Source: Octopus bimaculoides
Lineage: Eukaryota
Direction: 5' to 3'
Length of the DNA stretch: 53,376 nucleotides
NCBI RefSeq assembly: GCF_001194135.2
Contig: NC_068983.1
Coordinates: forward strand, 53,615,253 to 53,668,628
Shown: positions 24,183 through 36,094 of the stretch, piece by piece
How the letters are laid out: every line of letters starts with the position of its first letter
Position numbering within the stretch: the first letter of the stretch is position 1
The notes under the pieces: generated by a model
The model's database searches: none
What the model saw: only the letters and a program-made list of their open reading frames with translations
Told to the model about the DNA's origin: nothing
Position numbers and translations under genes: made by a program

Positions 24183-24573
24183 TGAGAGAGGGGGGTGATT
24201 CATTCGTGTGTACATTTGTATGCGATGAATAAATTAAAAAAATGGAAAAAGGTTTAAAAAATTATGCTAAATGACGAGCGTGGATGTGATCATGGTCAAG
24301 GCCGTGTTTGTTGTTGTTGTTGTTTTTGTGGTGGTCGTAGTGGTGGAAGTAATAGTAGCTCTTGTGATGAGAAGGATGCGAGAAACCAGAAACATTAAGA
24401 GAATATAGCGTTGCCTAGGTACCAAATACTTCGTTAAACTTAAATGAAAACTTACGGTAAGTTTTCATGTAACGCTTTCTTTTAGTGTTTTTAATGTACT
24501 TAGATTTGCATGCTTTTTCATTTTTGCAATGCAGATGTTCAGGCTTTTATGATTTATGAAACTTTTGTGATTG

Positions 24574-25960
24574 TTTATTGATAATTTTAATTTTGTGACT
24601 AAAAACATAGTACCTTTATGTTTTACTTAATATATTTTCTGGTAATTCTGAAATGATGCTGTAGTTAATGAGAGGGTCACTGCTTCTGTAGCCGAATGGA
24701 AGAAAACCCTAAAGTATCAGGACCTGACAGTGAACTATCCCTTTCAACTTGTGGTGTTTGAGACGTTCGGAGGGATTGGGCCACTAACCACGTTTATTGA
24801 TAATTTTAATTTGCGACTAAAAACATAGTACATTTATGTGGTGCTTGTATAGTATACGGTCTACCACGTTGTCAAACAGTATAGCCAGGGTTAGCTGCCT
24901 TAATCGTTCAATTAATAAAGGAAACCAATTTTTCCATTATATGGACATTAACAACAAATTAAACTGCAAACGGAGCCTAAGTGAGATTGTAGAACTAATA
25001 TTTTTCTTTGTCATGGATATACCCATGACTCCAGCAGTAACTCTGACAGGAAAATCTTAAAATACAATAACTGACTGGCACAATGCGGGCCGCAAGGTGT
25101 GTGGAGCCATAGTTTATAATGAACGACGAGGGAAGATGTTTGGAATAAACGATAACCCCATTGAGATCGACGAAGCAAGATTTGCTGGTTGACGAAAATA
25201 CAATTGAGGAAGAAAGCTGGATGGCGACAATGCTCGAGGAACCATGATCATCGAATTGATCGGCCGTGGGTTTTTGGTCTCAAACAAGGCTCAGACTGTC
25301 AATACTTTTGTGTGGAACGGTGTGACGGGAACAGTATGATCCTAATTATTGAAAGTGAAAGTGAAAAATGCTCACTATTTCATTCAGATGAGTGGCCCGC
25401 TTATAATAATTTAAATGCCATGGGTTATAACCATCTGACAGTGAACCATCAACGACATTATGTGGATCCAGTGACCGGAGCACACACACAGGCCATTAAG
25501 TGATCATGGTTAGATGATAAAACTATGATTCCGACAAAAAATGATCTCTGAAATATCTGATGTGTTTTATCTGTGAAATACCTGGAAATACCTGAAAAAT
25601 AAGGTAGATAACCCTGTTTGACACCGTGGTAGACCTCATACAATACTAGCACGCTTTATGTTTTATTTAATATATTTTCTTGTAATTCTGAAATGGTGCT
25701 GCAGTTAATGGGAGGGTCACTGCTTCCGTAGCCGAATGGAAGAAAACCCTCAAGTACTGAGACCTGGCAGAGAACTATCTCTTCCAGCCTGTGGCGTTTA
25801 AGACATTCAGAGGGACTGGGCCACTAACCGCGGAGTTCTTGTCAACATTGGTAGCACGCCTCACCGAGTGTGTCAGCTGATGCCCGTAAGGGCCCTTGGC
25901 TTTCCCAACACCTTGGCTTTGCCATCGCCCGTGGTAATGCTTCAGTAGGTACCGTTAAAT
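24574..25960 (+). repeat. Local tandem duplication of a flank plus CRE 3' fragment; second copy interrupted by Merlin
   Basis: 24574-24793 repeats at 24794-24839 plus 25654-25830; second copy continues VAEWKKTLKY..LFQPVAF.TF...LSQHLGFAIARGNAS. Confidence 0.8.
24840..25653 (+). mobile_element. Merlin (IS1016/ISXO2-like) DNA transposon, internally deleted
   Basis: About 40-bp imperfect TIRs (gtgct.gtat.gtat..ggtctaccacg.tgtcaaacag); 8-bp TSD atttatgt/ctttatgt; IEIDEARF..RKYN.GR, WVFG, HSDEWPAYNNL..MGYNHLTVNHQRHYVDPVTGAHTQAIK. Confidence 0.88.
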
Positions 25961-26189
25961 CTTGTGGTATGAGACTAATTGTTGTGATAAGAAAAAAAGT
26001 CCCCACAAATGGTTTCAATACAGTTTTGACAAAAATAATTGGAAGAATTAGGTGAAAGTTCTCCGGTAATTTCTTTCATGTAATAAATGTTTATGTTAAT
26101 TTAAAAGTTTCGCAGCAAAATCTTATAAAACGACAATGTTCTAAAAGATGTAGATGGTTATATGTTATATATGAAAATAAAAAAATTCA

Positions 26190-27920
26190 TTTATTCAACA
26201 TATTAAACAGAAGTAGTTCTAATAGAAATGTAACTTTTTTTCCTCTGAAGTAGACAACATTTCTTGTGCAATTTGTTGTGATGTAAAAATGTCTGCTTGA
26301 CTCAACATGTGAGGATACAACATAGAGATGACTGCATGAGAAACATGGGCTTGTTATTTGAAATCTAATAATTCTGGAGAATCCTCTTTCAGACTTGTTG
26401 ATGATTGCAAAAAATGGAGTGCCGTTTGAAACTGAAGGTGCATGGGCTGAAATAACATATCTGATTGGATGAGAGGAATGTATGGAATACAAGCTTCTCT
26501 CTTGGTGTAACAAATCATAAGGCTCTAATCTCATCGTGTATGAAAGTTTTGACGAGTTCTGAACATCGGATTATGCATTCAAATTTCGTAGCAACAAATT
26601 GGATGCTGTTCCTTTCAACTACAGGTTGAAGAAGGCCCTCAAGTGGGTTGAAGAGAATTGAGAAACTCTCTTGGATAATTGGCAACATCGTTATGTCAAT
26701 TACGGTGTAAAGTGACTTGTATCATCTGGTTTGGTTTGGTACCTGTCTGTTGAATGATGACGTCATTTCTATCTGGGACAATGTTATTTTTGGTAGTAAC
26801 ACTTGAAGTTAAAAATGACAGCTTGGTCCATAGGTTGCAGTAGAGAGTTGGTGTTAGAGGATAAGCATGCGATGGTGGACATTCTGCAGGTAGCCAGGAG
26901 CATTGTCTGAAAAGTAAAGAATCTCGAATGGAAGTTGCTTTTCTTTATAATATTTTTCAACTGTTGGAACAAATAAGTGTAAAACCAATCTTCATAAATT
27001 TCGACAGTCACTCAACCCTTGGTGTTTCGCATACATATATAAGTGACAGCGATGCCATTGTGATGTTCTTAAATGTTCTTGGATTTGCTGCATGATAAAC
27101 TAAGAAAGGCTTTAACTTGTATCTCTCCCCTATCCTAACAACTGACTCCCAATAAAAGAGTCAAACAACCTTTAGCGGCCTTAAAATCAATGACTTAAAA
27201 GACATCTCACTTCTCCTTAGCTATGAAAGACCGGTCTAGCTTTCTTTTCCAGTAAAACCTGGTCTCATCCACATTGAAAATCTGCAGGAGAATAAAATTG
27301 TTATCTTTAATAATCTTCTCTAATGTTGCAGGAAACATGGCAGCTGCTGCTGCATTTGCCGATGCACTTTCGTTTTGGACCTTAATGTTATGAAGATCCT
27401 ATTACACCTTGAGTAGCATAAGCCATCAGGAACTAGCATTGATTTCCTCCGCCACGTCGTCAGGATACTTTTTAAGGCCATTGTAAAATGACGGTACTTT
27501 CTCTTAAATTATTATCTGACTTATGGGGACGCTGACGAGTCTGCTGGTCAAGTCAAAGGGAAAGAAATTGTTCAATTTCTTCCATGATTTTGCCTCTTTT
27601 ATCTTCATTCCATGAACAATATCTTGGATGTGAATTAAAACACTTTCCTTGTCACGAAAAAGAGTTCAAACCATCATCTGGCTTACGCCATTAGCACACT
27701 ATCAGTACCAGCTTGATTATCGCCAACTTATCTTTTCAAAGTAGCATGGCACTTAGGATCACCATGACTAGATCCAGCGATAGGAGCTTTCTTGGACAGC
27801 ATAGTGTAATGAAGAAAAATAACACAAATTTACACACAGTAAACACAAACTCACGTTTGGATTTCCTGATATGAGCTACAATGCTGCCTCGCAGTGAAAT
27901 GCTTGAACTATCGGTTCTCA
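26190..27920 (-). mobile_element. pogo/Tigger transposase relic
   Basis: HNIKVQNESASANAAAA, EDWF, SNTNSLLQPMDQAVIFNFKCYY; many stops and frameshifts. Confidence 0.8.
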
Positions 27921-28614
27921 AAGTCGCATACATAAGTGTAAATATTGTGGCTATGTAAATGTTTGAAAAAATTTATTAACTTTTTCCTGTTTTAATAAAT
28001 TATTTGTGCATATTTTCGCATATATTTGATTTGATTTTCCATTTCAATATTGGCTTTTGGGTTTGCATTTTGCAATATTTATATTTTTAAATATGTTCAC
28101 TGAGATGAACGTCAAGTCAGATAATTCAAGTGAAGAGGTTTAGTTTTTCCATTAATTTCATTATTAAAAAAATGACGTAAAATCGAAAATGGAGTATGGT
28201 AAATTGACAGATTTCGTTGAGTGTTGGACAAATGATCAGTACTTGTTCTGATTTTCTGCATTCGGAGATCAAATCATGCTGACATCAACATTGTTTTTCC
28301 ATCCTTTTGGAGTAAAAAAAATCAAAATAAAATAAAAATTTAAGATCGAACTTGTTAGAGCACTGGATAGTGTATGTGTGAGGGGATGCCATGTGGGTAT
28401 TTATTTCAACTTTATATCCTAAGTTCAAATGCTACACTGTCACTAACCAAAGAAAATAAAAATGACGACGCTTTTGTCAAGAGTTGCGACCAACAGATAA
28501 TACTGGTTTTGAATCTTGCTTCAAGGCCAGCAGCCGTGGGGGAGGGGCTAAGTCGATTACATGTCAAGACAAGGAGACAAAAACATAGACTCGTCTAAGC
28601 ATAGATATATACTG

Positions 28615-28805
28615 TACCTATATTCCAGGCTTCTTTCAGTTTGCATCTATCAAGTCCACTCACTAGGTTTTGATCAGACTAGGGCTATAATAGAAGACCC
28701 TTGCTCAAGGTGCCAAGCAGTGGAACTGAACCCAGATCCATGTTGGGACCGAACCCTGATCCATGGCTGGAAAGCAAACTTCCTATCACACAGCCATGCC
28801 TTTGG
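28615..28805 (-). mobile_element. SINE family A, 5' half with internal duplication
   Basis: ctttcagttt..catct..caa.tccact...ccttgctcaaggtgcca..cagtggaactgaaccc. Confidence 0.75.
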
Positions 28806-28954
28806 CTGTGTCTCATTATTATGACCATAATAATTGATACAGCTGTCAATAGAATTACTGACAGTTGGACTTGTCTAACATTCCTTTGTATAAGCAAAAA
28901 ATTCTAATTCTAAAATCTCTCTGAGAGATCAGCACAGTAGTTGTACTGACAAGT

Positions 28955-29172
28955 AATGTTTGTAGCCACTTCCACATGGCTGTCCATTTGAGTGGACTCG
29001 ACTGTGATTTTTTAACCCCAAGAGGACACCTCCACCGGCTGGGAGGGGTTTGCTCCTCTGCTCGCAATTTATCAGATGCAGCTCTGCATCATTAACCAGC
29101 TAGAGGAAATGTCCTCTTGGGGTTAAAAAATCGCAGTAGAACAGACAGCCACGTTGAAGTGGTTATAAATAT
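28955..29172. repeat. About 220-bp imperfect palindromic element (MITE-like)
   Basis: 27-bp core arms 29002-29028/29110-29136, plus outer arms ccactt..acatggctgtc / gacagccacgttgaagtgg. Confidence 0.7.
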
Positions 29173-29184
29173 TCCTTTATATAT

Positions 29185-29635
29185 ACTCTGCTTGCAAAGA
29201 GCTGTTGAGGGCAAGTGAAATTGAAATCGAACCAAATTTGATGACTGTCAGCCATGCCAGTGGAGCGCTAACAGCACCATCCGAGTGTGATCATTGCCAG
29301 AGCAGCTGTCTGGCGTCCGTACCGGTGGGATGTAAAAAGCACCTTTTGAGCATGATCGTTACTAGTGTCGCCTTACTGGTACGTGAAAAAACATTTGAGT
29401 GAGGTCGTTGCGAGTGCCGCTGGACTGGCTTCTGTGCAGGTGGCATGTAAAAGACACCTTCTGAGCGTGGCCGTTGCCAGTACCACCTAACTGGCCATTG
29501 TGCCGGTGGCACATAAAAGCACCCACTACACTCTCAGAGTGGTTGGCATTAGGAAGGGCATCCAGCTGTAGAAACTCTACCAGATCAGATTGGAGCCTGG
29601 TGCAGCCATCTGGTTCACCAGTCCTCAATCAAATC
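29185..29635 (+). mobile_element. Composite repeat with internal ~60-bp subrepeats and family C tail
   Basis: Repeated ggtgg(c/g)atgtaaaa(a)g(c/ac)acc units ending ggcattaggaagggcatccagctgtagaaac. Confidence 0.7.
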
Positions 29636-29822
29636 GTGGTGGTGGTGGCATTGGCGGTGCTGGTGGTGCTGGTGAGGATAATGGGAGCAGTAGTGGAGGT
29701 GGTGGTGGTTGTGGTGGTAGTAGTGGCAGTGATGGTAATTAATGATATTCTTTTTTTTTTTAATTTTATTTTTCAAATCTTCAATAAAAACGGTCATCCT
29801 GCTTCCTTCAGACAGTCTGTGA

Positions 29823-29892
29823 TTATTGGTTTTCTAAGAACTGTAGAACCATTGCAAAATCCCATTTAGCTTTGTTTCTAGCAAACCACATT
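29823..29892 (-). CDS. Weak candidate terminal exon (MWFARNKAKWDFAMVLQFLENQ*)
   Basis: Acceptor ttctatttcactcttag| followed by a short open frame to TAA. Confidence 0.2.
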
Positions 29893-29932
29893 CTAAGAGT
29901 GAAATAGAAATGGCAGTGGCTGTTGATAATTG

Positions 29933-29963
<31 letters not shown>

Positions 29964-30220
29964 TAATAATAGTAATAATAATATTCAAAATTAAAAGAGT
30001 AATCAATAAAATCTAAATGAATATAATAATCAATTGATCAATGACCCAATCTATAGATCAATACCATAGATTCTATAATAATCATTATTGGAGCAATAAT
30101 GGCAATCATTGTAGCATTGTCTACGGCAACCATCATGGTTTTCACAATAGAAGTCAATCTCAGTCTTGCGAGGATAAAAGACTACGTTAATCCCTGGCTG
30201 GATTTGAACTCAAAACATAA

Positions 30221-30283
<63 letters not shown>

Positions 30284-30360
30284 GACAGAGACAGAGACAG
30301 ATAGACAGAGAGAGGGAGAGAGAGACAGACAGAGAGACAGAGAGAGAGAGAGATAGAGAC

Positions 30361-30403
<43 letters not shown>

Positions 30404-30849
30404 AAAAATAAATACTGGTTAGTATTTTGTCCAGTATCCCTTCCACTTCTGCCATTCACTGTAAAATCTTCAGAATACACAACAATCAAGTGATAAATGT
30501 GCATGTAAGCATGCGAGTGTGTGTGTATGCATGTGTGTGTGTGTGTGCACATGTGCATGCAGGTATGTGTGTATGTGTATGAGCGTATGTATGTGTGGGT
30601 GTGCATATGTGTGTGCATGCATGTGTATGTGAGCGTGTGAGTGTGTGTGCATGTGTATGCATGTGTGTGAGTGTGCATATGTGTGTGAGTGTGTGCGTGT
30701 GTGTGCATGTGTGTGTGTGTGTGTGTGTGTGTATGCTTGCGTGTGTTTGTATGATTCATATTTTCTGATCTTTCTTGCATTCATTAACTGCAAACAAAAT
30801 GACAGTCTCACAATTGAATGCAGACAGTGTTGTTAACTTGCAGTCAACT

Positions 30850-31020
30850 GTACGAAGCATGTCTTGGCTTCTTGGCATGTCCTGAGATGGGGATTATTTA
30901 CCTACCTTGGAGACAGGTGAAGGTTGGTGGCAGGAAGGACATCCAACCATAGAAAATTTACCTGAACAAGTTCCATACGATCCATGCAAGTATGGAAAAA
31001 TGTATGTTAAGACCATGATG
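30850..31020 (+). mobile_element. Family C SINE/RTE-like tail
   Basis: ggcaggaaggacatccaaccatagaaaat...catgcaagtatggaaaaatg. Confidence 0.6.
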
Positions 31021-31230
31021 AAGGCAATATTTTGACATATTTTGAAGAACATGATTCAGAGATTGAAATTACAGAAGGAAGACTGAAAAAGAGTTGAATG
31101 AGATCTGGGGAGTAAGATACAGTAAGGGATTGACTGCCGACAAAAAGGGGGAGAAGCAGACTTGGGTGGATGTTATAGGTGTATGGAATAGGACAAAGAA
31201 AGAGAGACAGAGAAAATAGGCAAAGATTAA

Positions 31231-31675
31231 CCCTTTTGATACCAAAACACCTGAAATAATTTCTGGTTCCATGATACAAATTTCTTGTTTTCAAGTGATT
31301 CAAATAAAAATATTCCATCTAATTTCATGTGTATCCAAACACCAGCTTAATAATCCTTTCTACTAAAGGTACAAGGCTTGGAATTTGAGGGGAGGGGACT
31401 GGTTGATTACTTCGACCCCAGTGTTTCGCTGGTACTTTATTTAACAACCCCAAAAGGATAAACGGCAAAGTTGACTTTGGCGGAATTTGATCTCAGAATA
31501 TAAAAGCAGATGAAATGCCATTAAGCCTTTTGCATGGCATGCTAACAATCCTGCCAGTTTACTGCCTTACACCAGTTTAATAATGGTAAAGTTCTGTTAC
31601 TAAATTCTTCATTAATTTCAAAATTAATTAAAACAAAGGCAGTGTATTTTTTTTTTAAATAAGGAAACAAAAGGG
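31231..31675. mobile_element. piggyBac-type MITE interrupted by SINE B (31355-31570)
   Basis: TTAA|ccctttt ... aaaaggg|TTAA termini. Confidence 0.7.
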
Positions 31676-31912
31676 TTAAAGTAATCTATACTGAAACTTT
31701 CCATTAAAATTTCATGTTAATTTATGTTAATTTATGTTCCAAACACCATAATGATGAATTTAGTCAAATAATTTCGTCATTATTAAGCTGGTGTTTTGAA
31801 CATAACACGAAATTTTAATAAAGGTTTTAATTTAGATTACTTTAACCCTTTTGTTTCCATATTTCTATTGAAATACACTGCCTTAGTTTTTATTGATTTT
31901 AAAAATAATAAT

Positions 31913-32216
31913 TACGGAGATGTACTTGCATAGCAAGCGACCCGATCTAAGATCATGTGCTGGAACGAAAACAATTGCAGCATGGAAGGTGTTTATAAGC
32001 CATTTAAGAAACACACAAAAACCGTTAGATTCACTTCAACATTTAAATTTAATTTGCCAAAATATTTTCATCACTTTGAGGTCGCGACCTGTTCACTGAC
32101 AAAATTCCGTGCTGCATCAGTGAACAGGTCGTGGTCTCAAAGCGACGAAAATATTTTGGCAAATTAAATTTAAATGTTGAAGCGAATCTAACAGTTTTTG
32201 TGTGTTTCTTATGCTG
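31913..32216 (-). mobile_element. PLE-type terminal-repeat insertion with head-to-head inversion and 13-bp TSD
   Basis: TSD taaaaataataat at 31900-31912 and 32217-32229; 95-bp inverted arms 32005-32099/32117-32211. Confidence 0.8.
32053..32103 (-). ncRNA. Hammerhead-fold candidate with G3:C8 core swap (second copy 32117-32163, +)
   Basis: uuuguca-GUGAACA-G-GUCGC(9 nt)GUGAU-GAA-AAUAUU-U^uggcaaa. Confidence 0.5.
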
Positions 32217-33059
32217 TAAAAATAATAATGTATTTAGTAAAATAACTTTGTCATTATTAAAATGAAGGTTTTAATTTAGATCAGTTTAAAACATGATGTT
32301 GGTATCATGAAAGCAAGGGTGGTCTCAAGTGGATTGGTATGAGAGGGGTTAAATAACAAATAAAGAATCTAATGAGTTGTTAATGAATTTTACTTTCTGG
32401 TGATATAGCAACTTCAATGTTGTAAGAATAACAATGACAAAAATAACAACTAAACAAAATACAAAATTTAAAAAATGTCTTTATTTTGTCTATTTAAAAA
32501 CAAAAAATGAATAACAAACATGTATCATGGAAAATTTCTCATGATTCATTTATTTATTTTATATTTCAACCCTGATTTTATTTTTGTATTTTATTTTTAT
32601 TTGTTTATTTTTTTTTTTTCCTTTCTTTAAAACAAACCACAATGATTTAGTGATGACTTCTGATAATGTTAGAGCTACAGAATATATCTACAAAATATTT
32701 TAACACAGAAAATTTAGGTACACTTTTGCTCTATACTTTCTCAAAAAGTTTACACAAAAAAAAACAGAAAAACAAAGAAGCAAAGACAAAAACAAAAACA
32801 AATCAAAACCGTAATTTGATGAATAATTAATCACTCATTAATTATATTGTCATGATGTAGTAAAAATAGCAATGAACTCTACCAACATAATGGTAGTTAC
32901 TTGCTAATAAATAGACTGTGCCCCTTGAGAATGAAGTCTCTTCATCACAGTCATAACACCATGTTTATGATGGAATTTACAAATATTATTGAAATTCGTT
33001 AATCAGCAATTTCCTTTTTTACTAATTGAAACATTTTATGAATGAAACTTGTTAATTTT

Positions 33060-34490
33060 TTTCTACTGTAGGCACATGGCCTGGAACTGAGGAGAAGGGG
33101 GCTGGCCGATTACATTGACCTCAGTACTTGACTGGTATTTATTTCATTGCCCTGAAAGGGTATGAAACACTAAGTCCACCTTGGCAGAACTTGATCTCAG
33201 AAAGCAAAGCTAATAGAAATGCCACAGAGCATTTTGTCCAGTGGGCTTATAATTCTTTCAGTTTGCTGTCTTCGGCAGTGAATAACAGAGTTCCGCAGCA
33301 AATAACAAACAGGAGTTTCACAGTGAGTAATGAACATCAAGGACAAGTATCAGTAAACTCCCCACAACGAAGGATTAAATCTGAGATCGTCACCAGACAG
33401 GGTTTAAGAAACCACAAAAAAGTAATGAAAGAAAATTGCTTTTCAACATAAGTCATTTCAGGAAGCTGAACTATTTCCCTTGTATATGAAACACAGTTGC
33501 TGCCAGGCATGTTGTAACTGCAAGGTGTGTACATAGAAATGTAAACAGCACATGGAGATGAGATATTCTTATACAAAAATTTAGACAACACACAAAAGTG
33601 CGATATCCCTATAAAAAACTGTGAGTGACAAAATCCCTGAGAAATCAACAATTTATGTGACTCAAAATTTGTGTTGACACCATCAACCTACATTCTCAGG
33701 AAGTTTTTCTCCATCTAATACATACGTGCTTTAGATCTCTGGTTGAGACCTGGTCGGAAGATGAAATAAAATACAAATCAATTGGAAAAAGAAAAAAAAT
33801 AATAATAATGGTTTCAAATTTTGGTCCAAGGTCAGTATGTTTGGGGGAGGGGCTAGATCAATTAAATCAACCCCAGTACTCAACTGGTACTTATTTTGTT
33901 GACCCTGAAAGGATGAAAGGCAAAATCAACCTCAGCAGAAATGGAAATCAGAATGTAAACACAAACGAAATGCTGCAAAGCATTTTGCTTGGCATGTTAA
34001 CAGTTCTATCACCCCACTGCCTTAATAATAACAACAACAACAATAATAATAATAATTATCCTTTCTACTGAAGGCACAAGGCCTGAAATTTTCAGGGGAG
34101 GGGACTAGTTGATTACATTGACCCCAATGTTTCACTGGTACTTAATTTATTGACCCCGAAAGGATGAAAAGCAAAGTCGATCTAAGTGGCATTTAAAATC
34201 ATCATATAAAGGGCTGGAAAGAAAATCATGAAGCATTTTGTCTTAAGTGCCAATGAACATGCCAATTCACTATATTAAACGAGAACTAATTAATGAGAAT
34301 TAAGTAGTGAGAACTAAAAACGAATGGTTTTTAACTCTGGCACCGGCATACAAAGTTTAGAGGAGAAGCACAGCAAATGAAATATAAAGTCACTAACAGT
34401 GTATGACTGGTATTTATTTTTATCAACTCCAGTTCAATAAAAGACAAAGTTGACACTGATGACAACTGAAGTCAGAATGTTATATAACAA
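33060..34490 (-). mobile_element. Cluster of SINE family B copies (33060-33272, 33810-34022, 34060-34270, about 34330-34490)
   Basis: Repeated ctggta(c/t)ttattt..gacc.c.gaaagg.tgaaa motif. Confidence 0.75.
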
Positions 34491-34871
34491 AGAGATATTT
34501 TGTATGGTACTTTGACAATTTTACTAGAATCTTTTCTGAGTTGAGTAAAAATTAACTATGGTTACTGAAACTTGATTTTATCGTTGGGTTGTACAGCAAA
34601 ATATATGGTTACATTTAAACAAGGTGATATATGAGAAAATAAAGAGGAAAATACAAAAGAGAATACTATTGTAGGAACACAATAGATTTTTATATTGTTT
34701 TCTGTTTTTTTTTAAAAAAAAGGTTAGTTTAAATATATGATGCATGTATTATGGAAATTACTTATTACATAATTGAGGTTATTATGGATACAGGAGGGAA
34801 AAGGTAATGAATGTAATATTGTGAATTTCAAAACAGAGTTAGTTAAAACATATTTGTTACATATGGGTTAC

Positions 34872-35048
34872 TTCCGTAAGTTTCTTTGGATCTAATTTTT
34901 CCATTGGATCAATTTTTTTTAAACCAGATGGTGGTTTCACTTCATATTTTTCCAGATCTGTATCATCTGGTGAAAATGCTGGATTATCTGCTGCATTCGA
35001 TTTTTCATTTTGTTGCAGCTTCTCATTCTTGTTCTTGTTCTCCCATTT
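34872..35048 (-). CDS. Internal coding exon (59 aa, phase 0-0) of an unidentified gene
   Basis: Acceptor ttgttctttccttttcag|; only this frame is open (KWENKNKNEKLQQNEKSNAADNPAFSPDDTDLEKYEVKPPSGLKKIDPMEKLDPKKLTE); donor GAA|gtaacc; 177 nt; non-repetitive. Confidence 0.6.
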
Positions 35049-35124
35049 CTGAAAAGGAAAGAACAAAATATATTTGAATAAAGCACAAACAGTTTTGATA
35101 ACCAGAGTTTTTGGTTACTTAGAT

Positions 35125-35412
35125 CAGGGGTTTTCAAACTTTTTGACTTGCGGACCCCTTTGTATTTCAGGCTTTACCCCCTTATAAATGCTTATGAAAT
35201 TTATACATAAATATTTGCTTAAAATAACATATATTTTTACATTTATTTATTTAACAGAATTTAACAAATAGGTTTATTGTTAATTAAAAGATTTCGATTA
35301 AAAAACATATATAAAATCAAATTGCCCATAAAAGGTATTTGCTGTCCACGGACCCCCTGTCTTGTCCTTGCAGACCCCCTGTGGTCCGCGGACCACAGTT
35401 TGAAAACCCCTG
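35125..35412. mobile_element. hAT/Charlie-type MITE, 288 bp
   Basis: Perfect 16-bp TIR caggggttttcaaact; perfect 8-bp TSD acttagat (35117-35124, 35413-35420). Confidence 0.93.
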
Positions 35413-35443
35413 ACTTAGATGATGCTAATGCATATCATTACTA

Positions 35444-35820
35444 CGGCACTCCATCAGTTACAATGGAGAAGGTTCCAGTTGATCTGATCAATGGAACAGC
35501 CTGCTCATGAAATTGACGTGCAAGTGGCTGAGCATTCCACAGATACGTGTATTCAACGTAGTTCTTGGGGAGATTCAGCATGACACAGAGTGTGACAAGG
35601 ATGGTCCTTTCAAATAAAGGTACAACAGAAACAGGAATAATGAGTGAGAGAAAGTTGTGGTGAAAGAGTACAGCAGGGCTTCCACAACCCCCTGCCAGAA
35701 CTTCGTGGAGCTGTAAGTGTTTTTGCTCAATAAATACAATGCCCGGCCTGGGAATTGAAACTGCAATCCTATGATTGCGAGTTCGCTGCCCTAACCACTG
35801 GGCCATTGCACCTCCACAAT
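35444..35820 (-). mobile_element. tRNA-derived SINE family E, full length
   Basis: Minus head tggaggtgcaatggcccagtggttagggcagcg...gtttcaattccc. Confidence 0.8.
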
Positions 35821-36094
35821 GCATAATATACAACAATATAATAATGTTTATAAACCAAATAGTTTATCTGGATTCTCAATGTGTGAATACACACAGACAT
35901 GTGCACACATAATGCCCTGGAAAGAGATGTATTATTTAGCTGAAAATGTGTTTTGTTTATGACATATATTGTATGACCTTTATTTTTCACGTGGTAATAC
36001 TGAAAAAAACAGAAGTAAAAAAGAACATCAGTGTAAGAGTAAATGTTTTAATATAGCGAGTTATAGTTTTAGCTAAAAATATTCCATTATTCAG

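Larger units (their letters stand above)
31846..32348. mobile_element. Second piggyBac-type MITE of the same family, opposite orientation, hosting a 304-bp insertion
   Basis: TTAA|ccctttt ... gagagggg|TTAA; shares aaatacactgcc and gtatcat segments with copy 1. Confidence 0.7.

Noticed and set aside
32890-33000. Minus frame KFHHKHGVMTVMKRLHSQGAQSIY*
   Set aside because: An upstream in-frame stop with no AG acceptor between it and the frame
33128-33651. Overlapping ORFs on both strands
   Set aside because: The 5' part of the plus ORF is SINE sequence; no consistent splice sites or recognisable domain
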